Source: Myxococcota bacterium (GTDB lineage: Bacteria > Myxococcota_A > UBA9042 > PHBI01 > JBMYRH01). From it: a stretch of DNA of 64,000 nt. The notes beneath the pieces were generated by a model. It worked only from the letters and a program-made list of their open reading frames with translations, was not told the DNA's origin and ran no database searches. The position numbers and the translations under genes were made by a program. This document shows positions 18,901 through 27,707 of this stretch, piece after piece. The first letter of the stretch is position 1. Each line of letters begins with the position of its first letter. The stretch lies in the NCBI GenBank assembly GCA_049602155.1, contig JBMYRH010000002.1, positions 65,108 to 129,107 of the forward strand, read 5' to 3'.

Positions 18901-20729
18901 CGGTCGAGGTGACGGTCACAGAGGCCGCTTGGTTTGAGCTCGGTAGCGCCGCATCACAGACCGTGACAGTGCCTGCTGGTGCGTCCATCGCGGTCCCCTT
19001 TGACGTGACGGTGCGCGACGCGGGCTACCACGAGCTTGAGGTCACCGCGTTGGCGAGCTCAGGCTCCGGAGATCAGATCGGCCGCACGGTGCAGGTCATC
19101 CCGGACGGCCAGCGCATTGACGTGGGCGTTAGCGGGCCCTTGGAGGGCACCGTGACCAACACGGTGACCTTCCCGGTCAACAGCATCGAGGGGGGTAATG
19201 ACGCCCTGCTTAAGCTCATGGGTGGCTCCAGCGCGCAGGTCGTTGACGGTGTCGAGGCGCTCCTCAAGACGCCTCGCGGCTGCTTCGAGCCGATGATGAA
19301 CAGCACGTGGATCAACGCCTTGATCTTGGACTACATGGGCTGGACCGACGCAGGGAGCCCGGACCTAGAGGCCACGGCCAGCGCGAACCTCGACGACGGG
19401 ATTCAGCAGTCGATCACCTTCGAGTGCACCGGCGGCGGCTTCACGTGGTTCGGTGACCCGGATCCGGCGCACCCCATCCTCACCGCGTTTGCGTTGCTGA
19501 TGTTCGAGGACATTCGGGTGAACAAGAACGTCGACGAGGGCTTGGTGAACCGCGCGCTCAGCTTCTTGGAGGGTCAACAGCAGCCTGACGGCTCCTGGGA
19601 CACGACTCAGCACACGAAGAACCAGGTCATCGAGTGGGATGCCCTGCGCACGACCTGCATCGTCGCCAATGGCCTTGCTGCGAACGGCACAGGGGACGCA
19701 GGTCGCTTGGGCAACGCAGTCGCATTCATCGACACGGCGATGAACCTCGAGCAGGCCGACAGCTACACCTTGGCGATGTGCGCCAACGCGCTGCTTGAGG
19801 CCGCGCCTGGTGAGGCGGTGACGGACGCGACGATCGCCGAGCTCCTCGCTCGCGCACAGACCGACGGCGATAAGGTCTACTGGGACAGCGACTTCCCCGG
19901 CGTCTCAAACGCGGGCGGCGAGGTCATCCTGGTCGAGACCACCGCGCTGGCCGCTCAAGCGATGTACAAGATGGAGCTCCCGCCGCAGCTCGCGGCTGGC
20001 GCCCTCAAGTTCTTGGCGAGCATGAAGTCCGCTGACGGCAACTTCCGCTCGACTCAGGGCACCATTCAGGCCATGCGCACCTTTGTCGCTGCGGCGAAGT
20101 TCGCAGCGGGAGAGACCGACGCAGACGTGGTCGTGCGAGCGGGCGACGAGGTCATCTTCGAGGCGCATATCGACAGCACGAACAGCGAGGTGGTGCACCT
20201 CGTGAGCTTGGCAGAGTACGCCGCTAGCGATGTCGACGTGACGGTCGAGGTCGTCGGCGAGGGCAAGCTCTACTACGCGCTGTCGAGCCGCTACTACGAG
20301 TCCTGGGACCCTGCGTCCCGTCGTGTCGGTCCGAACATGGACGTCGATGTCAGCTACAGCGTGACCGAGATGACGACTGAGGAGTCGACGGTGGCTCAGG
20401 TGACCGTCATCGGGACGGGCGCCGCTGTCGGCCCTGGGGATATGCCGATGGTCGATATCGGTGTGCCGCCCGGGTTTGAGCCTGACTTCTCGCAGCTCGA
20501 TCATCTCGTCGTCGCGGATGCCAACGTGGCGCGCTACGAGATCAAGGGTGACCGCGTGTGGATCTACTTGCATGAGCTCTCCCCCGAAGCAGGCTTCGAG
20601 GTGAACATCCCGATGAGCCCCCGCTTTGCGATGGAGATCAGCACCCCGCCAGCGCGCGCCTGGGAGTTCTTCAAGCCCGAGGCGTGGAGCGAGTCCTTGC
20701 CCGTTCAGCTTGTGGTCACTGACCCCTAG
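15990..20729 (+). CDS. Bacterial alpha-2-macroglobulin-family large lipoprotein whose thioester Gln is replaced
   Basis: It is 1579 aa with a lipobox (LALVACGKD) and MG-type beta-sandwich repeats. Its thioester region LLKTPRGCFEPMMNSTWINALILDYM aligns to the canonical P.GCGEQNM....A....LDYL but has Q replaced by P. A C-terminal receptor-binding-like domain follows. Confidence 0.75.
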   Translation: MLRLRDMTTITFLTLALVACGKDAPINEPEVESHGGPPDQSSSVNVSVDEAGITARFDAGGATVVVPVEITEFEGASANLSVSLTDLDGTILHEGSGDFEVADGRNAVSVRLDDATAPESQVAQAGVLIRYHVTSDGLSASGTRSLYHAMGKLGLRMWSPSRVDAGTRTAVRVWVRDLLSGELLEGAEVEVAGQTGTTDAQGQIALDVDIPEDAVELVLEAIATHDGLEARVSRYISVVPAGAPKLMVSTDKPLYRPGQTIHIRAMALAAKDLTPVSAEAITLEVLDGKQNKIFKSDVETDDYGIASLTAPLAIQVNTGMYTVRAITAEITHEITVEVSEEKLPKFALTASFDAPYFSPGETITGALSAQYFFGKSVVGADVSIDITGAGADRPSNFSGTTDGEGLMPFTLPGGIAAPGVTLAVTVTDTAGFIVTKIFEAKVATPQIYVSLQPESSRIPEGTSFRAFVQSRNPLGALVDATCTLGEADGVPFETTGGLAVVETTSQHLYVSCQTPDGIQGSASMWVSMVSADSGLLLRSDKALYAKGDDITLSVMGPEDLDVAYVDCIHRGRIVASHTLEMVDGEGEVTLTAGDGKSGTLHFTAYFIRDDEEVVTTDRVAYLRQPAARVSVSTDAESYLPGAEASLTFKLEDEQGAAKAGAIGVTIADEAVFALAGGTGAQDVQRFFQLSDAPSQIHPYALAEDPEAMQIAAEAALATVNLGAEADLVGYTTASFQGAVVSLVQEALYEMRNEVRNDFQEASNSGTLTLNNGKEAVESLNLFDFWGQRVVLEAEVFESSWSPRMRIHMHSFGPDELADTWDDWSSSINVSFPREDSDDFGAEAGMAQDAGASSSGDYGYESEPQDPSGGPDSAEEAPKKRDDFPETLYVNPALIIDQTGETTVTLPLADAITSWRVSMIGNTMDGLVGGGMGGITVFQEFFVDVDLPRKLTQNDRMALPVGVFNFGDTEQSVEVTVTEAAWFELGSAASQTVTVPAGASIAVPFDVTVRDAGYHELEVTALASSGSGDQIGRTVQVIPDGQRIDVGVSGPLEGTVTNTVTFPVNSIEGGNDALLKLMGGSSAQVVDGVEALLKTPRGCFEPMMNSTWINALILDYMGWTDAGSPDLEATASANLDDGIQQSITFECTGGGFTWFGDPDPAHPILTAFALLMFEDIRVNKNVDEGLVNRALSFLEGQQQPDGSWDTTQHTKNQVIEWDALRTTCIVANGLAANGTGDAGRLGNAVAFIDTAMNLEQADSYTLAMCANALLEAAPGEAVTDATIAELLARAQTDGDKVYWDSDFPGVSNAGGEVILVETTALAAQAMYKMELPPQLAAGALKFLASMKSADGNFRSTQGTIQAMRTFVAAAKFAAGETDADVVVRAGDEVIFEAHIDSTNSEVVHLVSLAEYAASDVDVTVEVVGEGKLYYALSSRYYESWDPASRRVGPNMDVDVSYSVTEMTTEESTVAQVTVIGTGAAVGPGDMPMVDIGVPPGFEPDFSQLDHLVVADANVARYEIKGDRVWIYLHELSPEAGFEVNIPMSPRFAMEISTPPARAWEFFKPEAWSESLPVQLVVTDP

Positions 20730-20767
20730 CGGGTCGCCGTGTTCGTGTGGGGTGCCTGGCGCGAGGG

Positions 20768-23700
20768 TCAGGCCCCCACCTTCTCCCGGAGGCGGCGCTG
20801 GCGCAGGGCCACAAGCCCGAGCAGCGCGAGGGGCCAGAGCCATGGCGTAGAGGAGGGCGAGTGACTTGCGCATCCGCTGTCCTCGGTGGGGGGCGGATCC
20901 TCTGGAGTGTCTGGGTCCTCAGGCGCGCTCGCGGTCCCCGAGACGCTCACGGTCAGGGTCTCTAAGACGCGCCCAGCGAGCGTGACGGTCACCGTGATGG
21001 TGTCGCCGGTGGGCTCAGGCGCGATGGTCCCGGCGTAGGTCCCCGCGTCGGTCATGGCCATCGGGTCCTCCCATACGCCGCCGACCAGCAGGACGGTGGG
21101 GATCGCCGCAGCGCCGAGGAGCTCGTCGTACTCGTTGATGAGCCCCACACGGAGCCGTGTTGTGGGGTCAGCGTCCGTACGGTCCACGCTCTCCTTCGAG
21201 AGCACCGCCCAGTGAGTGGTCACGGCTTCGCTTTGGTCGGCCCACTCGGAGGTCACGAATGCGCACTCTCCGAGCACGGTGCCGTCTAGGGTCTCGACAA
21301 TGACGCGGCCCGGGCCGGCCGCCTCGGACGGCGCGATGGCGAAGCCCAGGTCCCACAGCTCGCCCGCGCGACGGAGGTCCATCACGACCTCGCCGCCCTC
21401 GACGCGCAGGGCCAGCGATGATGCTGAGACGCCGAGGATGTTCCCCGCCGCATCCAAGGCCGCGAGCGCCCCGAAGCTGCGATCGCCCCCCACGCGCAAC
21501 CGCGCGTGACTGAGGCCGCAGACGACCCTGTCGATTTGGTCCACCAACGCCTCTTCATCAGGGGGCTGGTTCACAGGTAATTCGAGGGTCCATCCGCCGA
21601 GGTGATCGCGGACGAGGACCGTGTCAAGGCCGACCAGGTTCTCCCACGGCGCGGAGACCGTGAGGCGGTCGCGTCGGCCGAAGAGGAAGGCTTGCGTGCT
21701 CTCCACCTCATCGCCCTCAGGGGTGGTGAGGATCAGCTGACTGAGCACGTCGTTGTCCATCATCCCCGGCGGGGCGCAGAGGTGAACTTGCCACCCGAGG
21801 GGCTCCACAAGCATGTCGAAGGGCTTCGCTGGGTAGAGGTCGTACGTTCCATTGACGGGGTCTAAGCCGTAGCCGGCCGTGCGATTCCATACGCCGACCT
21901 CTGCGCCTGCCTCTCGCAACACCATGGTGATATCGGCCGCGTCTAGGGGGACATCGTAGCTCGCTACCAAGGCGCGGTGGGTGTCGTCTGTGCTGGACCA
22001 GGCGAGGTCTTGCCCCGCCACGTTTAGGGTCAGCGCGTCAGGCTTAAAGGACGCGTCTTCACCGACGTGCATGAGGCGGATGGTGACGGGATCGCCAGGG
22101 GTCGGGAGGTGTGGGCTCGTGGTGAGCAGCCAGGATGCCTCGCGGGCGGGCAGGGTCATCGGGGCGTGGGTGTCGAGGGTCACCAGGCCGGGCCCGGTCG
22201 CGGGGCGCTGAAGTTCGCAAGCAGCCTCACAGCAGGTCCACCCTCCTACGGTGTCGGCGACGCAGGCTTGTGCAGCCCCAGCGCCCTCAGGGTCGAGGGT
22301 GACGGTGTCTCCAGGGCCGAGGGTGAACCACTGAGGTTCCTCCGCTACCGACACCGTGGCGTCCGAGGGGATGTCATGAGCGCTGATGGCGCCTGAGGGC
22401 CACGTGACGGTCAGGGCGACAGGCTGATTGGCGCACCCCGGCCACGCGAAGTGGGCCTCATAGGCCGCGGAGGCGCCGATCTTGCCCCCCGAGGTGACAT
22501 GACGCGTGAGCGCGGCACCACCGCACGTCGCGGTCACGATGGCGCCGGTGGCGGGTGAGCCGCTCACGGTCGGCTTAGGGCGCACGGTCAGCAGACGTGT
22601 GGTCGCCGGCACCTCGGTGGTGTTCGCCCAGTAGATGGTGCCCCCAGGCTGTGCGTCACGCCCCGCGTCCGGGATGCCATCACCCTCTAGGTCGCCCACG
22701 GCGAAGCAGATACCGTCGTCGGTGGCGTCCACAAACGGGGTCCACACGCGCGTCATCGCGCCGTCCTCCTCTTGGACGTAGGCCAAATCCGGAGCGTTGG
22801 TCACCGTGGTACGCGTGTTGATGATGCTGCGGACGCCATGACGGATCAGCAGGTCCATCCGCCCATCGACGTTGAGGTCCACGAAGGTTGGGGACCATTG
22901 AGAGCGTCGGCCCAGGGACGACCAGAAGTGGTAGAGGCCGCGAGGGAGCGTCTCGTCGACGAAGCGCCCTGTGCCATCGCCTGTCATCAAGAGGTCGAAG
23001 CCGATAGAGGTGTTGAAGAGGTCGAGGTGACCGTCTCCGTTTAGGTCCCCCAAGGCGGCCCCCATACCGTCTGTGCCGATGTCCCACTGATGCTCTGAGG
23101 GCTCGAAGCTTGGGACGCTGTCGCCGGGGGTCGTGCGGTTGATGAGTAGGCGACTGTGACCGCTGATCCACGAGGCGTCGACGCTCTCCAAGACGTCGAG
23201 CCATCCATCGCCGTCGACGTCAGCGAGCGTGACGCTCGTGGTCAACACCGAGCGCTCCGGTTCCAGCTCTATCGCCTCGAAGCGCCCTGCGCCGCGGTTC
23301 ATGAGCACGACATCGGGGTGCCCTGTTTGTCGGTACGCCTCGTTATGAAAGCAGCCCATCGACAGGTAGATGTCGACGAGGCCGTCTCGGTTCAGGTCGC
23401 CAGAGGCGCTGTCGTAGAGGCAGTTCAATGCGACAGAAGGGAGTGGGAGGACCCCGAGGTCGATCCCAGCCGGGGTCGACCGGTACACGGTGATGACATC
23501 GGTGAAGGCGAGCATCTCATCGTGACCATCACCGTCGATGTCGACTACCGCCAGAATGACCCTTGCGTCCTTATAGGTCTTGCTCGCTTCACTGGTAGAG
23601 GGCAGGGCGGTGAGCCCGAGCTCGCCGCTCTCTGGGTCACGCTCAAATTGCTCGAGGCCGAACCAGGACCAGAAGACGAGCTCGGGGTGGCCGTCTTGCG

Positions 23701-23872
23701 TGACGTCCCACCACACGGGAGTCCGCAGCTTGAAGTACGGGCTCTCCATGTTCGTGACGGTCCCGGCTCCGTCTGTTCGCCACGCTTGAAACGACGCTGG
23801 AACCACGGCAGCCATCGCCTGCGACGAAAGCGCGAGGAGGGCACACACAAGGAGGGAAAGACGAGTCAGCAT
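20768..23872 (-). CDS. FG-GAP/VCBS repeat (ASPIC/UnbV-like) surface protein with a MYXO-CTERM-like tail (paralog of 11580..14723)
   Basis: It has the same architecture: TPVWWDVTQDGHPELVF, then DVDGDGWLD, GDLNGDGHLD, GDLEGDGIPD. The C-terminal tail is DSGCASHSPSSTPWLWPLALLGLVALRQRRLREK. The start could be 23908 (MHRSE...) or 23872 (MLTRLSLLVCALLAL). Confidence 0.7.
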   Translation of the reverse strand: MLTRLSLLVCALLALSSQAMAAVVPASFQAWRTDGAGTVTNMESPYFKLRTPVWWDVTQDGHPELVFWSWFGLEQFERDPESGELGLTALPSTSEASKTYKDARVILAVVDIDGDGHDEMLAFTDVITVYRSTPAGIDLGVLPLPSVALNCLYDSASGDLNRDGLVDIYLSMGCFHNEAYRQTGHPDVVLMNRGAGRFEAIELEPERSVLTTSVTLADVDGDGWLDVLESVDASWISGHSRLLINRTTPGDSVPSFEPSEHQWDIGTDGMGAALGDLNGDGHLDLFNTSIGFDLLMTGDGTGRFVDETLPRGLYHFWSSLGRRSQWSPTFVDLNVDGRMDLLIRHGVRSIINTRTTVTNAPDLAYVQEEDGAMTRVWTPFVDATDDGICFAVGDLEGDGIPDAGRDAQPGGTIYWANTTEVPATTRLLTVRPKPTVSGSPATGAIVTATCGGAALTRHVTSGGKIGASAAYEAHFAWPGCANQPVALTVTWPSGAISAHDIPSDATVSVAEEPQWFTLGPGDTVTLDPEGAGAAQACVADTVGGWTCCEAACELQRPATGPGLVTLDTHAPMTLPAREASWLLTTSPHLPTPGDPVTIRLMHVGEDASFKPDALTLNVAGQDLAWSSTDDTHRALVASYDVPLDAADITMVLREAGAEVGVWNRTAGYGLDPVNGTYDLYPAKPFDMLVEPLGWQVHLCAPPGMMDNDVLSQLILTTPEGDEVESTQAFLFGRRDRLTVSAPWENLVGLDTVLVRDHLGGWTLELPVNQPPDEEALVDQIDRVVCGLSHARLRVGGDRSFGALAALDAAGNILGVSASSLALRVEGGEVVMDLRRAGELWDLGFAIAPSEAAGPGRVIVETLDGTVLGECAFVTSEWADQSEAVTTHWAVLSKESVDRTDADPTTRLRVGLINEYDELLGAAAIPTVLLVGGVWEDPMAMTDAGTYAGTIAPEPTGDTITVTVTLAGRVLETLTVSVSGTASAPEDPDTPEDPPPTEDSGCASHSPSSTPWLWPLALLGLVALRQRRLREKVGA

Positions 23873-23973
23873 TCTTACGAAGGATGATAGGGACTCACTG
23901 CGATGCACTCAACCGTGAGGGGGCGTTTCTGCGCGCTGAAGCGTCGCTAACTCGTCCCCGTTTCCCGCTGCCG

Positions 23974-26598
23974 ATGGGGGTTGGCGGTCGCGATCGCGGC
24001 TGCTATACACGCGCCGTGAAATCTCTAAGCCTCTTATTGACCGCCTCCCTTTTGCTCGCTTGCGGGTCCGATTCGGCCACCAACGCTGATGACGACTCAG
24101 GGCCCCCTTCAGACGCTCAGTCCGCCACGGACGTGATCGAGGAGGCGCCGGACACCTCAATCGCTGACGACAGCGCTGTGGGATTAGATGGGACGGGCAT
24201 CGAGGACGTCGCTCAGGCGCCGGCTCTCCCGGGGACTCGCTTTCAACTCAACGGGGCGGGGACAGGGTTCACGCTGACGCATGACGGTGTCGTCCGCTTG
24301 GTCCTCCCGCTCGCGGCGATGACCCTCGGGAGCGTGCCAGCCATCGATGAGACCCTGAATTACGACCCTTACTACTTGGAACCTGGTGACGATTTCGAGG
24401 CGCTCTATGATCCGCCCGCGGGGTTGACCTGGCATGCGGTGACGGCGGCGGCCACAGTGGTATCGGACGACGGCACGACCGACTTTTTGCTGACCCTCGC
24501 GGACGAACGGACCGCGGGGCTCAGCGTTACGCACCCTGCCGAGGGGCGGGCGCGACTGCATTGGACACCCCCGTCGGACGGGGACCCCGTGGTGTTCTTC
24601 CGGCTCTCACCGACGATCGACACTGACGAGGGGCTTTACGGGTTAGGCGAGGTCTTTGATCACGTGAATCACCGGGGGCGGGTACGCGCCATGCAGATTG
24701 AGCTCGCGGAACTCGAGAGCGGCTATAACGAAGTCCACGTCCCGGTGCCGGTGTTGACAGGGACGACCGGCTGGGGGCTCTTCGTCGAGTCCATGCGGCC
24801 GGGTGTCTTTGCCTGTGCCACGGACGCGGAGGACACGGTGCGCGTGACCTTTGGTCTGCGCGAAGCTGCTCAGGAGGGGCTCGTCGTGCACCTCTTCAGC
24901 GCCGATCATCCGCTTGACATCATGGACAGCTACTATGACGTGACGGGGCGTCCTGGGCCGATCGCGGAGTGGGCGATGGGCCCCTGGATTTGGCGTGATG
25001 AGGTTGCCGGCCAAACCGCGGTAGAGGCGGATTTGACGACGATCCGAGAGCTAGATCTCGCCACCACGGGCTACTGGATCGATCGCCCCTTTGCCAGCGC
25101 GGTGAACAGCTTTGACTTCGAGCCAAGCACCTACGATGACCCGGCGGTCATGATGGGGGTTGCTGAGCGCGCGGGCTTCGCTATGGCGCTTTGGCACACG
25201 CCCTACACCGATCCAGACGAACCGATGAGCGCGCCCCTCTACGAGGAAGCTGCGGAGAAAGGCTACTTCGCGCCGCTCGGCACGACGAGCCTCGCGAAGT
25301 GGGGGCCACCTCTGGACTTCACCAACCCGGAGGCGATGGCTTGGTGGCAGGGCCTACTCGGCTATTACGCAGACCTCGGCTTCGTCGGCTACAAGCTCGA
25401 TTATGGCGAGGAGGTCGTCGTGGGTGGGCTGGGGACACGCTTGCCCTGGCTCTTTTACGACGGCTCGAACGAGCTGACGATGCACCGTGGGTACCAGCTT
25501 GCGTACCACGCGGCGTATGCTGCGCTTCTCCCTGAGACGGGGGGCTTCTTGTTGTGTCGCGCCGCGACCTACGGAGATCAGGCCCAAGGGGCGATCATCT
25601 GGCCGGGTGACATTGACGCGACCTTGTCTCTCCACGGAGAGGTCGTCTTCAAGGACGACGGCACCAGCTATGTGTCGGTAGGCGGGCTCCATGCGGCCGT
25701 CGTCGCTGGCTCCTCTCTTGGGGCCTCTGGGTTCCCCTTCTTCGGCTCAGACACCGGGGGCTACCGTAACGCTCCGCCGGACAGAGAGACTTACATTCGA
25801 TGGTTCCAGCACACTGCGCTGTCGCCGATCATGCAGGTCGGCACGAACGCCAACGATCTCCCTTGGTCCTTTGGCGCCGACAAGGTCTTGGACCAGGAGA
25901 TGCTGGCGCTGTACCGAGACTTTGCGCGCCTTCACTTGCGCCTCCACCCCTACCTCTGGACTCACGCTCAAGCCCTACAGACCACGGGCCGCGCGATTCA
26001 ACGCCCGCTGGGCTTGGCTCACCCTGAGCTGGGCTGGCATGGGGATGACATTTACCTTCTCGGTGATGATCTACTCGTCGCGCCTGTCACCCGGCCCGGC
26101 GTCGTGACCCGAGACATCCCGCTGCCGGAAGGAGATTGGGTTGACTGGTGGACTGGCGAGGTGATCCCCGGCGGCAGCACTGTGACGCGCCCCGCCCCCC
26201 TTGAGACGCTCCCGTTCCTCGTGAGGGCAGGGGCGCTCGTGCCGCTGCTTCAGCCGGACGTGGACACCCTCTTACCCGTGACCGATGAGTTCTCGGATGT
26301 GGTGGCTCTCACCCCTGACGCGCCAGGCGCCTTGCACGTGCGGCTCAGCCCCGGACCGGCGTCGCGCTTCACCCTCTACGATGGCACCGAATTGGCTCAG
26401 TCTCCCTCCGAGGAAGGGATGACCCTGGAGCGCACACCTGGGGCACGCTTTGCCGGGGTCGTTGTGTTTGAGGTCTTCGGCGTCCCGGGTGAGCCGACGA
26501 TGATCAACGGTGGCAGCTGGACCTGGAGCGAAGAGGCTGGGGGGACGTTACGCATCACGCTGGAGGCTGATGAGTCTCAAGTGTTTGTAACTATCTAG
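23974..26598 (+). CDS. Glycoside hydrolase family 31-like (alpha-glucosidase/alpha-xylosidase) lipoprotein
   Basis: It has a lipobox (LLLACGSD). GYWIDRPF is nucleophile-region-like. IWPGDIDAT and SGFPFFGSDTGGY match the GH31 acid/base motif G.D..GF. The ORF track starts at 23884, but the signal peptide begins near Met at 23974. Confidence 0.6.
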   Translation: MGVGGRDRGCYTRAVKSLSLLLTASLLLACGSDSATNADDDSGPPSDAQSATDVIEEAPDTSIADDSAVGLDGTGIEDVAQAPALPGTRFQLNGAGTGFTLTHDGVVRLVLPLAAMTLGSVPAIDETLNYDPYYLEPGDDFEALYDPPAGLTWHAVTAAATVVSDDGTTDFLLTLADERTAGLSVTHPAEGRARLHWTPPSDGDPVVFFRLSPTIDTDEGLYGLGEVFDHVNHRGRVRAMQIELAELESGYNEVHVPVPVLTGTTGWGLFVESMRPGVFACATDAEDTVRVTFGLREAAQEGLVVHLFSADHPLDIMDSYYDVTGRPGPIAEWAMGPWIWRDEVAGQTAVEADLTTIRELDLATTGYWIDRPFASAVNSFDFEPSTYDDPAVMMGVAERAGFAMALWHTPYTDPDEPMSAPLYEEAAEKGYFAPLGTTSLAKWGPPLDFTNPEAMAWWQGLLGYYADLGFVGYKLDYGEEVVVGGLGTRLPWLFYDGSNELTMHRGYQLAYHAAYAALLPETGGFLLCRAATYGDQAQGAIIWPGDIDATLSLHGEVVFKDDGTSYVSVGGLHAAVVAGSSLGASGFPFFGSDTGGYRNAPPDRETYIRWFQHTALSPIMQVGTNANDLPWSFGADKVLDQEMLALYRDFARLHLRLHPYLWTHAQALQTTGRAIQRPLGLAHPELGWHGDDIYLLGDDLLVAPVTRPGVVTRDIPLPEGDWVDWWTGEVIPGGSTVTRPAPLETLPFLVRAGALVPLLQPDVDTLLPVTDEFSDVVALTPDAPGALHVRLSPGPASRFTLYDGTELAQSPSEEGMTLERTPGARFAGVVVFEVFGVPGEPTMINGGSWTWSEEAGGTLRITLEADESQVFVTI

Positions 26599-26691
26599 GG
26601 TTTCTTCGCTTTGCTCGCACTTGTGTGAAGCGCTTCGTCCGAGGCCCAGGCCTGTGCTACTGTGTGACCTCTAACGTGCCATGGAGCGACC

Positions 26692-27564
26692 GTGCCTCTA
26701 GAGAGCCAAGAGATTCAGGACCTCCTCAGTCCCGTCCCTTGTGTGACGGTGACCCCTGACGCAGTGGTCTCCCAGGCGGTCGCTTTGATGAGTGAGGAGC
26801 ACCTCTCCAGCACGATGGTGGTAGAGGATGGGGTGCTGGTCGGCATCTTTACCGAGCGTGACTTCTTGAATCGCGTCGCCGCGTCGGGGCTGTCCCCGGT
26901 GACGACGTCGGTGCGTGACGTCATGACGGCGTCACCCAAGGCGCTCAAGGCGACGGACAGCGTCGGCGCCGCGATCGACCTGATGGCGGTTCGAGGCTTC
27001 AGAAACGTCCCAATCGTCGACGACGCCCGGCGCCCCGTAGGGGTCTTGAGGGTGCGCGAAGTTATCGCCCACCTGGCGTTTCAGCTCCGCCGCGTCGACT
27101 CCTCGGAGGAGTCCGAGTTTGATAGCGAGAGCCGCGCTGCTTTGCAGGCCCTCGGGAACGTCCCTGTTGAGCAATTGGCCAAGGGCAAGGGCGAGCCGAT
27201 TCGTGTCTACCAAACGGACCCGATCCGTGATGCGTTGGCGTTGATGCGTGATCGCCATGTCGGCGCCGTAGTCGTCGAGGACAGCCAGTCAGACATCTGC
27301 GGCATCTTCACCGAGCGCGACGTCGTGGTGCGCCTCGCGAGCGAGGACATGAGCCTCGAGGCCCCCGTGATGACCGTGATGACTCGGGATCCGATCCGCC
27401 TGTTGACCTCGTTCACTGTCTCAGCCGCGCTCAGCTGCATGCATGCGGGGCGCTTCCGGCACCTCCCCCTCGCCGATGACAGCGGTCGGCCCGGTGGTTT
27501 GATCTCGATCCGAGATATTCTGGGCCTGGTGGCCTCTCGAGGCGAGCAGGACACACCTGCGTAA
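26692..27564 (+). CDS. Tandem CBS-pair (4 x CBS) domain protein
   Basis: Two CBS pairs are visible (VTVTPDAVVSQAVALMSEEHLSSTMVVEDG..., and VYQTDPIRDALALMRDRHVGAVVVEDSQ...GIFTERD twice). No other domain is present. Confidence 0.7.
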   Translation: MPLESQEIQDLLSPVPCVTVTPDAVVSQAVALMSEEHLSSTMVVEDGVLVGIFTERDFLNRVAASGLSPVTTSVRDVMTASPKALKATDSVGAAIDLMAVRGFRNVPIVDDARRPVGVLRVREVIAHLAFQLRRVDSSEESEFDSESRAALQALGNVPVEQLAKGKGEPIRVYQTDPIRDALALMRDRHVGAVVVEDSQSDICGIFTERDVVVRLASEDMSLEAPVMTVMTRDPIRLLTSFTVSAALSCMHAGRFRHLPLADDSGRPGGLISIRDILGLVASRGEQDTPA

Positions 27565-27707
27565 GGCGCTAGAGCGCAGACTCCGTTTCACCGACCTTAA
27601 AAAACTCGACTTCGGGGCTATCGCCGACTTGCCCTGATGCCTATGCTCGCCATCGGATCCCTGCCAATCCGCGGTCATCTCGTGCCCGCGCGCGAAGGAA
27701 AGACGCC

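Noticed and set aside
16470-20873. Several long minus-strand ORFs (16470..17327, 17577..18080, 19905..20873) inside the alpha-2-macroglobulin gene.
   Set aside because: These are shadow ORFs in GC-rich DNA with Arg/Gly/Asp-rich junk-like translations. The plus-strand protein aligns to A2M throughout.
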